A stretch of 64,000 nucleotides of DNA from Verrucomicrobiota bacterium (lineage in GTDB: Bacteria > Verrucomicrobiota > Kiritimatiellia > RFP12 > UBA1067), in the NCBI GenBank assembly GCA_023269675.1, contig JAHFSX010000033.1:3841-67840 (forward strand). The letters are read 5' to 3'. The first letter of the stretch is position 1, and the number at the start of each line of letters is the position of its first letter. Under the pieces are notes generated by a model, which had not been told where the DNA came from, made no database searches, and was given only the letters and a program-made list of their open reading frames with translations. A program made the translations under genes and the position numbers. Below are positions 1 through 9,368 of this stretch, piece after piece.

Positions 1-1710
1 CTCTTTCCCGCGGACGAGACGGTCGGCGGCTTCAAATACCCGAAGAGCGAGGCGCATCTGGTCGAGATCGCCGAGTACGTCAAGCAGCTCGTCACCCACT
101 TCAAGACCTTCCCCGCGCTCTACGGCTGGGTGCTGCAGAACGAGCCCGGCACCGGCGGTTCCTATCCGGACAACGACCTCTCGCGCCGCATCCGCAAAGA
201 GTGGCAGGCCGCGCGGCCGAAAGCCGAGTACTCCAGCAAGGGCTATAAGGAGGCGCACTTCGACTACGAGGAGTTCCAGCGCTACTACACCACCTGGTTC
301 CTCAGCTGGTACGCGCAGGAGGTTCTCAAATACGATCCGGGCCGCCACCTGCACGTGAACAACCACGCCATCTTCTCCAACTTCCCCGAATACGACTTCC
401 CCTCCTGGAGAAAGTTCCTCACCACGCTGGGCGCGTCCGCGCATCCGAGCTGGCACTTCAGCATGTTCCGCCGCGAGCAGTTCGCGCTCGCCATGTCCGC
501 CAACAACGAGATCATCCGCACCGGCGCGGGGCCGCTGCCCTTCTGGCTGACCGAGCTCCAAGGCGGCAACAACCTCTACAGCGGCGGCAAGCCCATCTGC
601 CCGACCAAGGAGGAGACCGGCCAATGGCTGTGGACGACCCTCGGCTGCGGCGCCAAGGGCGTGATCTTCTGGTCGCTCAACCCCCGCGCCGCCACGGACG
701 AGCCGGGCGAGTGGGCGCTCATCAATTTCCAGCGCGAAGCCTCCGACCGCCTGGCCGCCGCACACGACGTGATCCGCACGCTCAAGGCGAACAGCGACCT
801 TTTCGCCCATGCCAAACCCCTGCGCTCCGGCATCACGCTGCTGCTGGCGCGCGAGGCTTTCTGGACCGACAGGAAGCAGAAGCTCGGCGGCGCGGAACAG
901 TACGAGGCGCGCGCCGGCGGCGCGGTCATGAAGTCCGCCCTCGCCTGGTATGAGGCCCTCATGGAGAACGGCATCCCCGCCGATCTGGCCGAGATGGACG
1001 CTTTCGACTGGAGCCAGGAGAGCTACAAAGGCCAAGTCGTCATCCTCGCCCACCAGCTCGCGCTCCCTTCGCGTGACTGGTCCCGGCTCACGCGTTTTAC
1101 CGAACGCGGCGGCAAGCTGATCGTCGAGGGCGCGACCGGCTACTTCGACGAGCATCAGGTTTGCGTGATGCAGACCGGGTTCCCGCTGGCCGACCTGCTC
1201 GGCGGCAGCATCAGCGAGTTCAAGGCGCTCGGCGAGCGGTTCGATGTGAAATTCCATGACGGAGCGGTTCTGCCCGCGCATCTTTGGCGCGGCACCATCA
1301 AGAACGCCACCGGCACACCGCTCGCGGCCGAGGATAACGACGTGTTCGCCACACGGCACACGTTCGGCCAAGGCGAGACGCTCTGGATACCCTCGCTGGT
1401 CGGCATGGGCGCGTGGCAGCGCGACAACACGGCGCTCGCACGTCTGGCGCGCCGCGAGACGCTCGGCGCCATCCCCGCGCTACCGGTACTCTTCAAGCGG
1501 CAGGAGAAGCTGGCGCTGCTGAAAACGCTCACATGCGGCGATGCGCTCATCACCGTCATGATCAACAAGGACAAGGCCCCCAAGAAGATCCCGCTCCTGG
1601 TGAAGAAGGGTCTGAAACCTCAGGTGCTCTTCGCCGACAAGGGCGGACACGTCACGGCGTCCTCGGCGGCCCTGTCGCCCGAAGAGACCCTTGTGACACT
1701 TTGGCGCTGA
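1..1710 (+). CDS. GH42-like beta-galactosidase / clan GH-A glycoside hydrolase (5' truncated by window edge)
   Basis: Frame is open from base 1 (LFPADETVGG...). WVLQNEP acid/base motif and FWLTELQGG nucleophile motif; C-terminal GH42 trimerisation-like region. Confidence 0.75.
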   Translation, partial: LFPADETVGGFKYPKSEAHLVEIAEYVKQLVTHFKTFPALYGWVLQNEPGTGGSYPDNDLSRRIRKEWQAARPKAEYSSKGYKEAHFDYEEFQRYYTTWFLSWYAQEVLKYDPGRHLHVNNHAIFSNFPEYDFPSWRKFLTTLGASAHPSWHFSMFRREQFALAMSANNEIIRTGAGPLPFWLTELQGGNNLYSGGKPICPTKEETGQWLWTTLGCGAKGVIFWSLNPRAATDEPGEWALINFQREASDRLAAAHDVIRTLKANSDLFAHAKPLRSGITLLLAREAFWTDRKQKLGGAEQYEARAGGAVMKSALAWYEALMENGIPADLAEMDAFDWSQESYKGQVVILAHQLALPSRDWSRLTRFTERGGKLIVEGATGYFDEHQVCVMQTGFPLADLLGGSISEFKALGERFDVKFHDGAVLPAHLWRGTIKNATGTPLAAEDNDVFATRHTFGQGETLWIPSLVGMGAWQRDNTALARLARRETLGAIPALPVLFKRQEKLALLKTLTCGDALITVMINKDKAPKKIPLLVKKGLKPQVLFADKGGHVTASSAALSPEETLVTLWR

Positions 1711-1839
1711 GGTTCGCGCAAGGCACGCCCGCGCGCAGACGGCCCGCACGCCCAAAGCATGGGCGGCACGCGGGCCTGACCCGCTTGAGCCCGCCTGTCG
1801 AACCCCGTGCTTGCCGTAACCGCGGTCAAGCGGTAAGCT

Positions 1840-2244
1840 ATGCCCATGTTTTTAACTGAACTCAGATACGACGGGTGCCGCGCAGCGCGCCTCTTGGCCG
1901 CGCTGCTCCTGCTCGCGGGCCTCTCCGGTTGCTACACGTCAAGGCCCGGCAAGACCCGCGAGTCAAATTTCATCAACATGGACTCGGAGGTCGTGCACGT
2001 CACCTACAGCGAGGAGAAACGTATCGAGACTTTGCCCAACGGGATCGTCTGCACCTTCGAAGGCAAAGTGCGACTGCACTTGCCCAGCGGCAAATCGGTG
2101 ACGCTCTATCAGACGATGACGGCATCCGGCGTGCGTTACATGTCGAAAAACAAAGATTACGAGTTTATCGAAAAAGGTCCCTGTTGCCGGCTCTTCTACA
2201 ACGGAGCCCAGATCTTCGAAGGCGTCTATTGCCGCAGCAAATGA
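1840..2244 (+). CDS. Lipoprotein with MliC/PliC-like lysozyme-inhibitor domain
   Basis: Lipobox LAGLSG-C; LYQTMTASGVRY...YEFIEKG resembles the MliC SxSGxxY...FxxKG signature. Start uncertain. Confidence 0.55.
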   Translation: MPMFLTELRYDGCRAARLLAALLLLAGLSGCYTSRPGKTRESNFINMDSEVVHVTYSEEKRIETLPNGIVCTFEGKVRLHLPSGKSVTLYQTMTASGVRYMSKNKDYEFIEKGPCCRLFYNGAQIFEGVYCRSK

Positions 2245-3257
2245 TCCGGCTTGCGCGCCGAGACCAGCCAGTGCGGCATGGGGGGCGGCACAGCACGTGT
2301 CGCGCACGCCTCGAAGCCCGCCTCACGCAGCCAGCCGTGCAGCTCGACATCTGAAAACACCCACCCGTTGTGCGTGGTCAGCGCCATGTTGACCGCGAAC
2401 AGCGCGGAAAAAGCGGGCCGCGTGTGCGTGGCATCGGTCATCATATCTAAGATATAGATCAGCCCCCCCGGCTTCAGCGCGTGACGAGCGCGCTTCAGAA
2501 TGGCGACGATCTGCTCGGGCGATTCCTGGTGCAGCGCGCCGAAGATGGTCACCGCGTCGAACGCCTCGGCCTCATACGTGTCCGTATGGTAGTCGCCCGG
2601 CCTGCAGACCACCCGCGCGGACAGGCCCGCTTCGCCGACCAGTTCCGTGGCCACAGCGGAAACCGCAGGCAAATCGACGGTGACGGCCGTCAGTTCCGGA
2701 CAGGCCTGCGCCATCAGGACCGCGTAGGTGCCGGGACCGCCTGCCATGTCGAGCAGCCGGCGGCAGCCGCGCAAGTCCAGCAGCGGCACGACCGTGCGCC
2801 CGATACCCATGGCGCGCCCGTGCATCGCGAGCACAAAACGCCGCGTCCGTCCGGCATCCTCACCCAAATGGACCTCCGGCGCCTCCACCGGTTTCCCGCT
2901 CTTCACCAATTCCGCCAGCCGCCCCCACGCCGGATACACATCGCGGTTGTAGCGCACGGCGCGGGTCAGGTCTTGCGGGGCCCCCGCCACGAGCGTGCTC
3001 GCGGCCGCAGGCGTATTGGTGTAACATGCCCCGTCCTTGAGCAGCAGGCCCACCGCCACGCAGGCATCCAGCAGCAAACGCAAGCCGCGCGGGTCAAGCC
3101 CAGCACCCCGGGCCAGGTCCTCGCCCGAAATCCGGTTACCCTCGCGCTGGATCAGGGTAAACAGGCCGATGTCCAGCGCGGCGAACAACACCGCCGAACC
3201 GTAGTACGCGCTGGCCAACTCGACAACCCCCTGCACAGATAGCGTCTGCTCACTCAT
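2226..3257 (-). CDS. SAM-dependent O-methyltransferase (Methyltransf_2 with N-terminal dimerisation domain)
   Basis: N-terminal AALDIGLFT...LLDACVAVGLL dimerisation wHTH; SAM motif LLDMAGGPG. Confidence 0.85.
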   Translation of the reverse strand: MSEQTLSVQGVVELASAYYGSAVLFAALDIGLFTLIQREGNRISGEDLARGAGLDPRGLRLLLDACVAVGLLLKDGACYTNTPAAASTLVAGAPQDLTRAVRYNRDVYPAWGRLAELVKSGKPVEAPEVHLGEDAGRTRRFVLAMHGRAMGIGRTVVPLLDLRGCRRLLDMAGGPGTYAVLMAQACPELTAVTVDLPAVSAVATELVGEAGLSARVVCRPGDYHTDTYEAEAFDAVTIFGALHQESPEQIVAILKRARHALKPGGLIYILDMMTDATHTRPAFSALFAVNMALTTHNGWVFSDVELHGWLREAGFEACATRAVPPPMPHWLVSARKPDHLLRQ

Positions 3258-3370
3258 TTCGCTCTCTCCATCCTCAACCGTTTTTTGCTATGGTACCGGC
3301 TCGCGGCGTTTGTTCCGCCCCCGACCGCACCCGACCTCTAACGTGAAACCTCTACGCGGACACCGCTTCC

Positions 3371-4027
3371 ATGAAACCCTTTCCCATCCGGACCGCTTGC
3401 CTGCTGACGCTCGTGCTGCTCGCCATCATCGTGCCGTTCTGCCTGTTCGGCACGTCGGTCAACGCCTGGACCGACCGCCTGATCGCTCAGGCCAGCACCC
3501 ACCGCCTCACGGCCGGCGCGCTGCTCACCGCGCTGCTGGCCGTCGACATCGTCATGCCCGTGCCGTCCAGTCTGGTCAGCACCGCCTGCGGCCTCGCGCT
3601 CGGCTTTCTCGGCGGAACCCTGGCCTCCTTCATCGGCATGACGATCAGCGCCACCGCGGGCTATTTCATCGGACGCTACGCGGCCGCCCCGGCGGAAACC
3701 CTGATCGGCAAAGATGAGGTCGCCCTGCTGAACTCTTTTACCGCGCGCCACGGCGTCTGGGTGCTCTTGGCCCTGCGTCCGGTGCCGGTACTGGCCGAGG
3801 CCTCGGTGCTGTTCAGCGGGCTCTCGCGCCAACCTCTGCCCCGCGTGCTCGCCGTGACCGCACTCGGCAACCTGGCGGTGTCCGCCGTCTATGCGGCCGT
3901 CGGCGTGTGGGGCCGCCTCTCCGACTCCTTCCTGCTGGCGTTCGGAGCCTCCATGCTGCTGTCGGGCCTGCTGATGCTGTGGCTGCGCCGCACGCGCCCT
4001 ACGTCTCCCGCTTCTCCTGCTGCGTAA
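3371..4027 (+). CDS. DedA/VTT (SNARE-associated) membrane protein
   Basis: Hydrophobic; motifs MPVPSSLV, GYFIGR, LRPVPVLAE. Confidence 0.85.
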   Translation: MKPFPIRTACLLTLVLLAIIVPFCLFGTSVNAWTDRLIAQASTHRLTAGALLTALLAVDIVMPVPSSLVSTACGLALGFLGGTLASFIGMTISATAGYFIGRYAAAPAETLIGKDEVALLNSFTARHGVWVLLALRPVPVLAEASVLFSGLSRQPLPRVLAVTALGNLAVSAVYAAVGVWGRLSDSFLLAFGASMLLSGLLMLWLRRTRPTSPASPAA

Positions 4028-5048
4028 TATACGCACTCAGGTGTTCGCGGGCGTCCTCCAGCATGGCGAGGCGCTCACGCCGCACCATTTTGAACGGCAG
4101 AAACTCGCCGAGCGGCCGCAACAGATTGGCCATCCGGTCCGTCGAAATCTCGATCATGGCGGGGCACCCCCCGAGACGGTCGAAAATCTCCAGCAGCCGC
4201 TCAGGGATCTGCGCCCACATGTGGGCAATCCCCTCCGTCGCCTGCAACAACTCGCCCGCCAGGATGAAGCCGCTCTGCGCATCGACCGCCAGCAAGACAT
4301 AGGCCGTCTGCGGACGCTGACCGTCCGGCATAATCTGGAGCGGAGTGAACAGCAGGTCGAGTTGCATCGTGACCGGCTTCAGCGGCAAGGCCCGGATCGT
4401 CTGCAGCCGCTTGGACTCGATCCTGACTTCCACCTCCTCATCGCCGACCTCTTTCACAGGCGACCACGTATCCGACCACACGCCATGCGCGTCCGCCCTG
4501 CGCATCAGGATTTCGCGCGGGAAACGGGCCTTCAACAACTGGCCGTCCGCCTCCACGCGCATCGCCATCCCGTACGCCTGATACAAAACGGCCTCCAGCA
4601 GGTCCCGCTCCCGCTCCTCCGGCAGCCACGGATGATACCCCGGAATGATCGAGCGGAAAACAGGCGTGGCACAGGCGGCGTCCGCCGGCCGCTTGAGTAT
4701 CTTGAGAAGCGCCTGCTCATGCTCAAACAACAGGTCGGCGCTGACGAACAGGAGCTCGATCATGCGGATTTCCAGCAGCCAGGTGGGCACTTGCTTGGTG
4801 GCATCCGCCAGCCGCGTCACCAGATCATAAAACGCCTTCCAGCCCAAAAGGAAACGGACGTTCCGGAACGATTTCGACTGGCCCCCGAAAACCACAAAGC
4901 ACGGCTCGTCCCACCCCGGCACCTCGATGCCGAAGCAGTCCGCGACGCCCATCCACTGCCATGGATCGAGCTGGTCCAAACGCTCGGCCATGGCATAGAG
5001 CCGCTGCCACTGCGCCTTCTCTTGACTGGTCCTGTTGTTACTGGCCAT
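3999..5048 (-). CDS. Conserved hypothetical protein (DUF7309/DUF6930-like)
   Basis: Start set at MASNNRT; WQRLY...PWQWM...FRSIIPGYHPW pattern of a widespread uncharacterised family; lies directly downstream of pyrE. Confidence 0.55.
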   Translation of the reverse strand: MASNNRTSQEKAQWQRLYAMAERLDQLDPWQWMGVADCFGIEVPGWDEPCFVVFGGQSKSFRNVRFLLGWKAFYDLVTRLADATKQVPTWLLEIRMIELLFVSADLLFEHEQALLKILKRPADAACATPVFRSIIPGYHPWLPEERERDLLEAVLYQAYGMAMRVEADGQLLKARFPREILMRRADAHGVWSDTWSPVKEVGDEEVEVRIESKRLQTIRALPLKPVTMQLDLLFTPLQIMPDGQRPQTAYVLLAVDAQSGFILAGELLQATEGIAHMWAQIPERLLEIFDRLGGCPAMIEISTDRMANLLRPLGEFLPFKMVRRERLAMLEDAREHLSAYITQQEKRET

Positions 5049-5073
5049 TGAATCTACCCTGTCGCTTTCACCG

Positions 5074-5649
5074 TTAGGACCCCGGATGCACAAAGGGCTT
5101 CTTCTGCGCGCAGAGCGGACACAGGGCGGGCTCCCACACCTCGGGCGCCATCTGCAGCAGCGCGAAGGTGGGATAGTCAAACCTGGCCTGCCCGGCGCTG
5201 CGGTCCACCAGCACCAGCACGGCTGCCACCTCGGCACCCGCCGCCTTGACGAGATCAATCGTTTCCTGCACGCGGCCGCCGCGCGTGATCACGTCCTCCG
5301 CCACCACATACCGCTCGCCCGGCTTCATGCCGAAGCGGCGCATCACCAGTTTATTGTCCTGCTTTTCAGCGAAGATGCACTTCACGTCCATCGCGCGCGC
5401 AACCTCATGCCCCACAAGGATGCCGCCCAGGGCGGGCGAGATCACGCCATCGACCGCACCGATCTCCATCGCCGCGCGCATGCGCTTCACGAGTTCGTCG
5501 CAGAGTTGTCCCGCGATGCGCGGATAACGCAGCACGTTGGCGCATTGGAAAAAGCGGTTGCTGTGCAGCCCCGACCGCAGTTCGAAATGGCCGCTCAACA
5601 ACGCGCCCGTATCCTCAAGCATCTTCAGAATGTCCGGCTCTGTCATCAT
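5074..5649 (-). CDS. pyrE: Orotate phosphoribosyltransferase
   Basis: GHFELRSGLHS and PRPP-binding VVAEDVITRGG; C-terminal CPLC...PGS. Confidence 0.93.
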   Translation of the reverse strand: MMTEPDILKMLEDTGALLSGHFELRSGLHSNRFFQCANVLRYPRIAGQLCDELVKRMRAAMEIGAVDGVISPALGGILVGHEVARAMDVKCIFAEKQDNKLVMRRFGMKPGERYVVAEDVITRGGRVQETIDLVKAAGAEVAAVLVLVDRSAGQARFDYPTFALLQMAPEVWEPALCPLCAQKKPFVHPGS

Positions 5650-5717
5650 CGTTCCCTTTCTCAGTCTGTCACTTCTCTCACCACTCACGCACACCCGCGG
5701 ATGGGGCGGCGTCTTTC

Positions 5718-6398
5718 TCACCCGACAAATCGTCCATCGCGCAGGGACACCTGCCGTCCCATGCGCTGCGCGCACGCCTCCGCATGGGTCACCACGATCA
5801 GGGTGGTCCTCTCTTCGGCGTTGAGCTCCAGCAGGAGATCCACCAGCGCCCGCGCCGACGTCTGATCCAGCGCGCCGGTCGGCTCATCGGCCAGCACCAG
5901 GCAGGGGTTCATCACCAGCGCCCGCGCCACCGCCACCCGCTGCCGCTCGCCACCGGAAAGCTGTCCCGGAAAATGGGCCAGCCGCGCACCCAGCCCCACC
6001 CGCTGCAGCAGGTGGGCGGCACGTTCTTGCCGCTCCTCGCGCACCGCCGCGCCCCACGACGGCACCAGCACGTTCTCGAGGGCGGTCAGTTGCGGCAGCA
6101 GGTGGTGCGCTTGAAAAACGAAACCGACCTCCCGGTTCCGGAACTGCGCGCGCGCCGCCTCATCCAGTCCGCCCAGCTCGCGCCCGTTGATCCGCACCTC
6201 GCCGCTGTCTGGCCGGTCCATCGCGCCGATGATCTGCAGCAGCGTCGTCTTGCCTGACCCCGACGGCCCGGTCACCGCCAAACTCTCGCCCGCCGCCACA
6301 TGCAGGGACACGCCGCACAGCACCGCCACCGGCACGCCGTCCGGAACTTGAAACGTCCGGACAACGCCCTCGACTCTCACATCCGCGCCTGCGCTCAT
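5718..6398 (-). CDS. ABC transporter ATP-binding protein, LolD/MacB-like
   Basis: Walker A GPSGSGKT, signature [25 protein letters not shown] overlap with the upstream gene. Confidence 0.92.
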   Translation of the reverse strand: MSAGADVRVEGVVRTFQVPDGVPVAVLCGVSLHVAAGESLAVTGPSGSGKTTLLQIIGAMDRPDSGEVRINGRELGGLDEAARAQFRNREVGFVFQAHHLLPQLTALENVLVPSWGAAVREERQERAAHLLQRVGLGARLAHFPGQLSGGERQRVAVARALVMNPCLVLADEPTGALDQTSARALVDLLLELNAEERTTLIVVTHAEACAQRMGRQVSLRDGRFVG

Positions 6399-7501
6399 CT
6401 GCCGCCTCCCTTCAAACACACCACCGCCTGGTCGGCCACGCAGGCCAGCCTGCCGCCGCGCCCGACCACCGGGCCGCGCACCTCATCGCCCAAGGCCAGC
6501 CGCGCCGTCAACCGGCTCGCGGCGTCATACACGCTCACGCCTCCGCCCGCCAGCACGTAAAGCCGTCCCTCGTCAAAAAGCAGACCGCTCACTGCCGCGC
6601 CGACCGCCACGCGCCCGGACGGCTTCTCGCCCGCGCGCCAGAATACCACCTCGCCCTCCTGCGTGCCAATCGCGATCAGGCCTCCGAAAGCCTCGACCGG
6701 TTTAACGAACGCTTCGCTGGGTGAAACGTTGACCAGCGCCTCGCGTGTCAGCGTCTCGGCATTCACAGCCACCAGATTGCCCTGGCGCGTGCCGGCCACC
6801 AAACGCCCGCCCGCCGTCGCCAGCACGCCCCCGGCCATCTGATCGTCCGATCCCACCGCCACGGACCCGCGCAGCGCCCCGTTCGCTGCATCGAACACGT
6901 AGATCGCGCCGTCGCAGTTCCCGTACGCGATGCGCCCCTGCCACGCGACCGCCTCACCGTCGCACCGGTTGGTCGCCTCGCTCTGCCACACGACGGCGCC
7001 ATCGCCGGCCCGCAAACAGAAGAGGCGCCCGTCCTCCTGCGACATCAGCCAGATCACCGTCTCGGACCCCCGCACGCCCGTCAGCGGCGCATGCTGGAAA
7101 CGTCCTTCCGTCTCGCGCGTCCAAACCACCTCGCCCGTGGAGACCTTCAATCCGGTCACGCGTCCCTGCTGCGACGCGACCACCGCCAATCCGCCGACCA
7201 CCGACGCGGCGCACTCGAAAACCTGGTTGGAAAAGCCGGTCTGCCACACGCGCCGACCTTCGGACGACAGGGCGGTCACCCCGCCGGCCGCATCCGTGAC
7301 GATCCAGCCGTCCGCACTCGCGCACGGCAGATTCGGCTTCGCCGCCATCTGCACCCGCCAAGCCACGCTTAACGCAGTCTGGCGCGCGCGGCCGGCTTCG
7401 GACGACCGCGCCCCCCCCCCCGCGAACATGACCGCCAAGGCCCCGGCGCAGGCCAGGGCGAACGCGCACGGCAAAACCCAGTTGACCCACCGCATTTTCA
7501 T
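6395..7501 (-). CDS. PQQ-like beta-propeller repeat protein (BamB-like)
   Basis: Repeated GxxxW propeller motifs (STGEVVWT, GDGAVVWQ); N-terminal hydrophobic anchor. Confidence 0.8.
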   Translation of the reverse strand: MKMRWVNWVLPCAFALACAGALAVMFAGGGARSSEAGRARQTALSVAWRVQMAAKPNLPCASADGWIVTDAAGGVTALSSEGRRVWQTGFSNQVFECAASVVGGLAVVASQQGRVTGLKVSTGEVVWTRETEGRFQHAPLTGVRGSETVIWLMSQEDGRLFCLRAGDGAVVWQSEATNRCDGEAVAWQGRIAYGNCDGAIYVFDAANGALRGSVAVGSDDQMAGGVLATAGGRLVAGTRQGNLVAVNAETLTREALVNVSPSEAFVKPVEAFGGLIAIGTQEGEVVFWRAGEKPSGRVAVGAAVSGLLFDEGRLYVLAGGGVSVYDAASRLTARLALGDEVRGPVVGRGGRLACVADQAVVCLKGGGR

Positions 7502-8229
7502 GGCTTTGTATAATTCCAGTACAGGTCCACGAAGCCGCGCGCCGCGCCGCGCGCCCTCCCTCGCAGCAGCGCCTGTTCAAACACCGCCACAGCCTCCGTC
7601 CGGGGCGAAAGCAGGAGCATGTGCGCCATCGTGCCGTCCGCCTCCGTCTCAACATAATACCGGCAATGTCCGCTGCGCTCCGGCACGTGATTCTTAGGCA
7701 CGGGGAACACGAAAGCCGCCGCCGACAAAGCCTGATCCAAAACCGCGCGGACCCCTTGCGGCGGCAGCGGCCACGCGGCGGACGCGGACGCGTCACCCGC
7801 CAACGGCACATTCATCTCGGGCAGGCGCTGCGCCAAAGGCTCGACCGCCGACGGCTGCCACACGCCCGGATAGCGGGCCCCCTGCTCCAAAAACTCGGGA
7901 GGTGGCAGCGCGTGATCCAACTCCGCCAGGGCGACGTCCATGCCGGGCGAGAGCTTCTCGCCGGTGCTGCCCAGCGTCCACGCCATCATGGTCTTTTTGA
8001 AAACCTGCGCGGCGTAAGCCGGATCCAGCGTGACATACGCCGCGTGGGGTTCGGACAAGGGCGGCACGACGCGCGCCTCGAACAGCACCGCCGCCACCGG
8101 CAAGAGGCTCCACAGAAAAAGAATGGCGGCGAGCAACAGAAAAGCCTGCCACCAGAACAAGATCGGCCGCCGCGCCGCCTTGGCCCGATAACGCTGTCCT
8201 CCCGCCGCTGTCGCTTCCACGTTCATCAT
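7498..8229 (-). CDS. Membrane-anchored Pro-rich protein, putative divergent TonB-like energy transducer
   Basis: One N-terminal TM, Pro-rich linker, C-terminal GHCRYYVETEADGT...; follows exbB-exbD. Confidence 0.45.
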   Translation of the reverse strand: MMNVEATAAGGQRYRAKAARRPILFWWQAFLLLAAILFLWSLLPVAAVLFEARVVPPLSEPHAAYVTLDPAYAAQVFKKTMMAWTLGSTGEKLSPGMDVALAELDHALPPPEFLEQGARYPGVWQPSAVEPLAQRLPEMNVPLAGDASASAAWPLPPQGVRAVLDQALSAAAFVFPVPKNHVPERSGHCRYYVETEADGTMAHMLLLSPRTEAVAVFEQALLRGRARGAARGFVDLYWNYTKP

Positions 8230-8245
8230 AACCGACGCGCCCCGA

Positions 8246-8740
8246 TCACTCCGGTTTCTCGGCAACGTTCACCCGCTGCACCCCAGCCTCGCGCACCGCA
8301 TTGACAAAGCGCATCACGTCGCCGTGCGGCACCCGCTTGTCCGCTAAAAGCAACAGCTCGTTGCGTGCGCCCAGCGCCACGCGGCTCTTCACGCGCTCGG
8401 TCAAGACCGCCATCTGCTCCCCGTCTTGCGTTTCGTAGCGGTCATCGTCAAAGAAGATGAGCGTCTCCTCTCCGCCCGGCGTGTCGCGCGCGACAGTGAT
8501 CATCAGCGCGGTCAAGCCCACGTACATGCCCTCACGGAAGGTCGCGCGCGGCAGGTCGAAAACCACGCCGGGACTGATCACGGTCCGCCGGTTCACCATC
8601 AGCATCAAAAACACGATGATCACGCAGTCGATCCAAGGCACCATCGACAGCAGCGCCTGCGCCCAGACACCGCCAAACCGGTACACCGTCCGGTGCTTCC
8701 GGACCAGCTTGCTCCACCCCTCGCGTTGTCCCGTCATCAT
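8246..8740 (-). CDS. exbD: ExbD/TolR biopolymer transport protein
   Basis: MVPWIDCV TM with conserved Asp; LLADKRVPHGDVMRFVNAVREAG. Confidence 0.85.
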   Translation of the reverse strand: MMTGQREGWSKLVRKHRTVYRFGGVWAQALLSMVPWIDCVIIVFLMLMVNRRTVISPGVVFDLPRATFREGMYVGLTALMITVARDTPGGEETLIFFDDDRYETQDGEQMAVLTERVKSRVALGARNELLLLADKRVPHGDVMRFVNAVREAGVQRVNVAEKPE

Positions 8741-8750
8741 GCGTCACCCC

Positions 8751-9368
8751 TCACAGCATCGACGTGTCCTGCTTGGTCAGATAGGCCACGATCTCGGATG
8801 CCGAGGCCTCCATGTCCAACACGATCCGTTCAATGCGCACCATCAGCATCGCGTACATGACGTGGCACGGGATCGCCACCAGAAGCCCCGCCACCGTGGT
8901 CACCAGCGCCTGCATCAGCCCCGCGGTCAGGCTCGTGTTCTGCACCACCGGCGCCTGCTCGTTCACCGCCAGCACCACCTGGATCACGCCCAGCAAGGTG
9001 CCGAGCAGCCCCAAGAGCGGCGCGATCTGACAGGTGATCGCCAGAGACGCCAGCCGCCGCTCCAGCCGCGAAATCTCCGCGCGCCCGGTGTTGTCCACCG
9101 CCTCCCGTATCGCTTCGAGCGTCCCCTGCCTGTGCCGGATCGCCGTCAGCACCACCGCCGCCACAGGTCCCGGCGTCTCTTCGCAGATCATCATCGCCTC
9201 TTCGCGGTTGCCGTTCTCGAGCACGTTGCACACGCCCTTCAGGAAGTCGCCGTAATCGATCTGCGCGCGCCGCAGGTGCAGCAGGCGCTCAAAGAAGACC
9301 GCCACCGCCGCGACCCCCAAAAGCACAATCACCCAGAACACAGGCCCGCCTTGCATGATGAATGTCAT
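8751..9368 (-). CDS. exbB: MotA/TolQ/ExbB proton channel protein
   Basis: APLLGLLGT and ALVTTVAGLLVAIP motifs. Confidence 0.92.
   Translation of the reverse strand: MTFIMQGGPVFWVIVLLGVAAVAVFFERLLHLRRAQIDYGDFLKGVCNVLENGNREEAMMICEETPGPVAAVVLTAIRHRQGTLEAIREAVDNTGRAEISRLERRLASLAITCQIAPLLGLLGTLLGVIQVVLAVNEQAPVVQNTSLTAGLMQALVTTVAGLLVAIPCHVMYAMLMVRIERIVLDMEASASEIVAYLTKQDTSML

Noticed and set aside
2226-2244. Convergent 3' overlaps (19 bp here; 29 bp at 3999-4027)
   Set aside because: Short tail-to-tail overlaps are common in compact GC-rich genomes; no sign of a special function.
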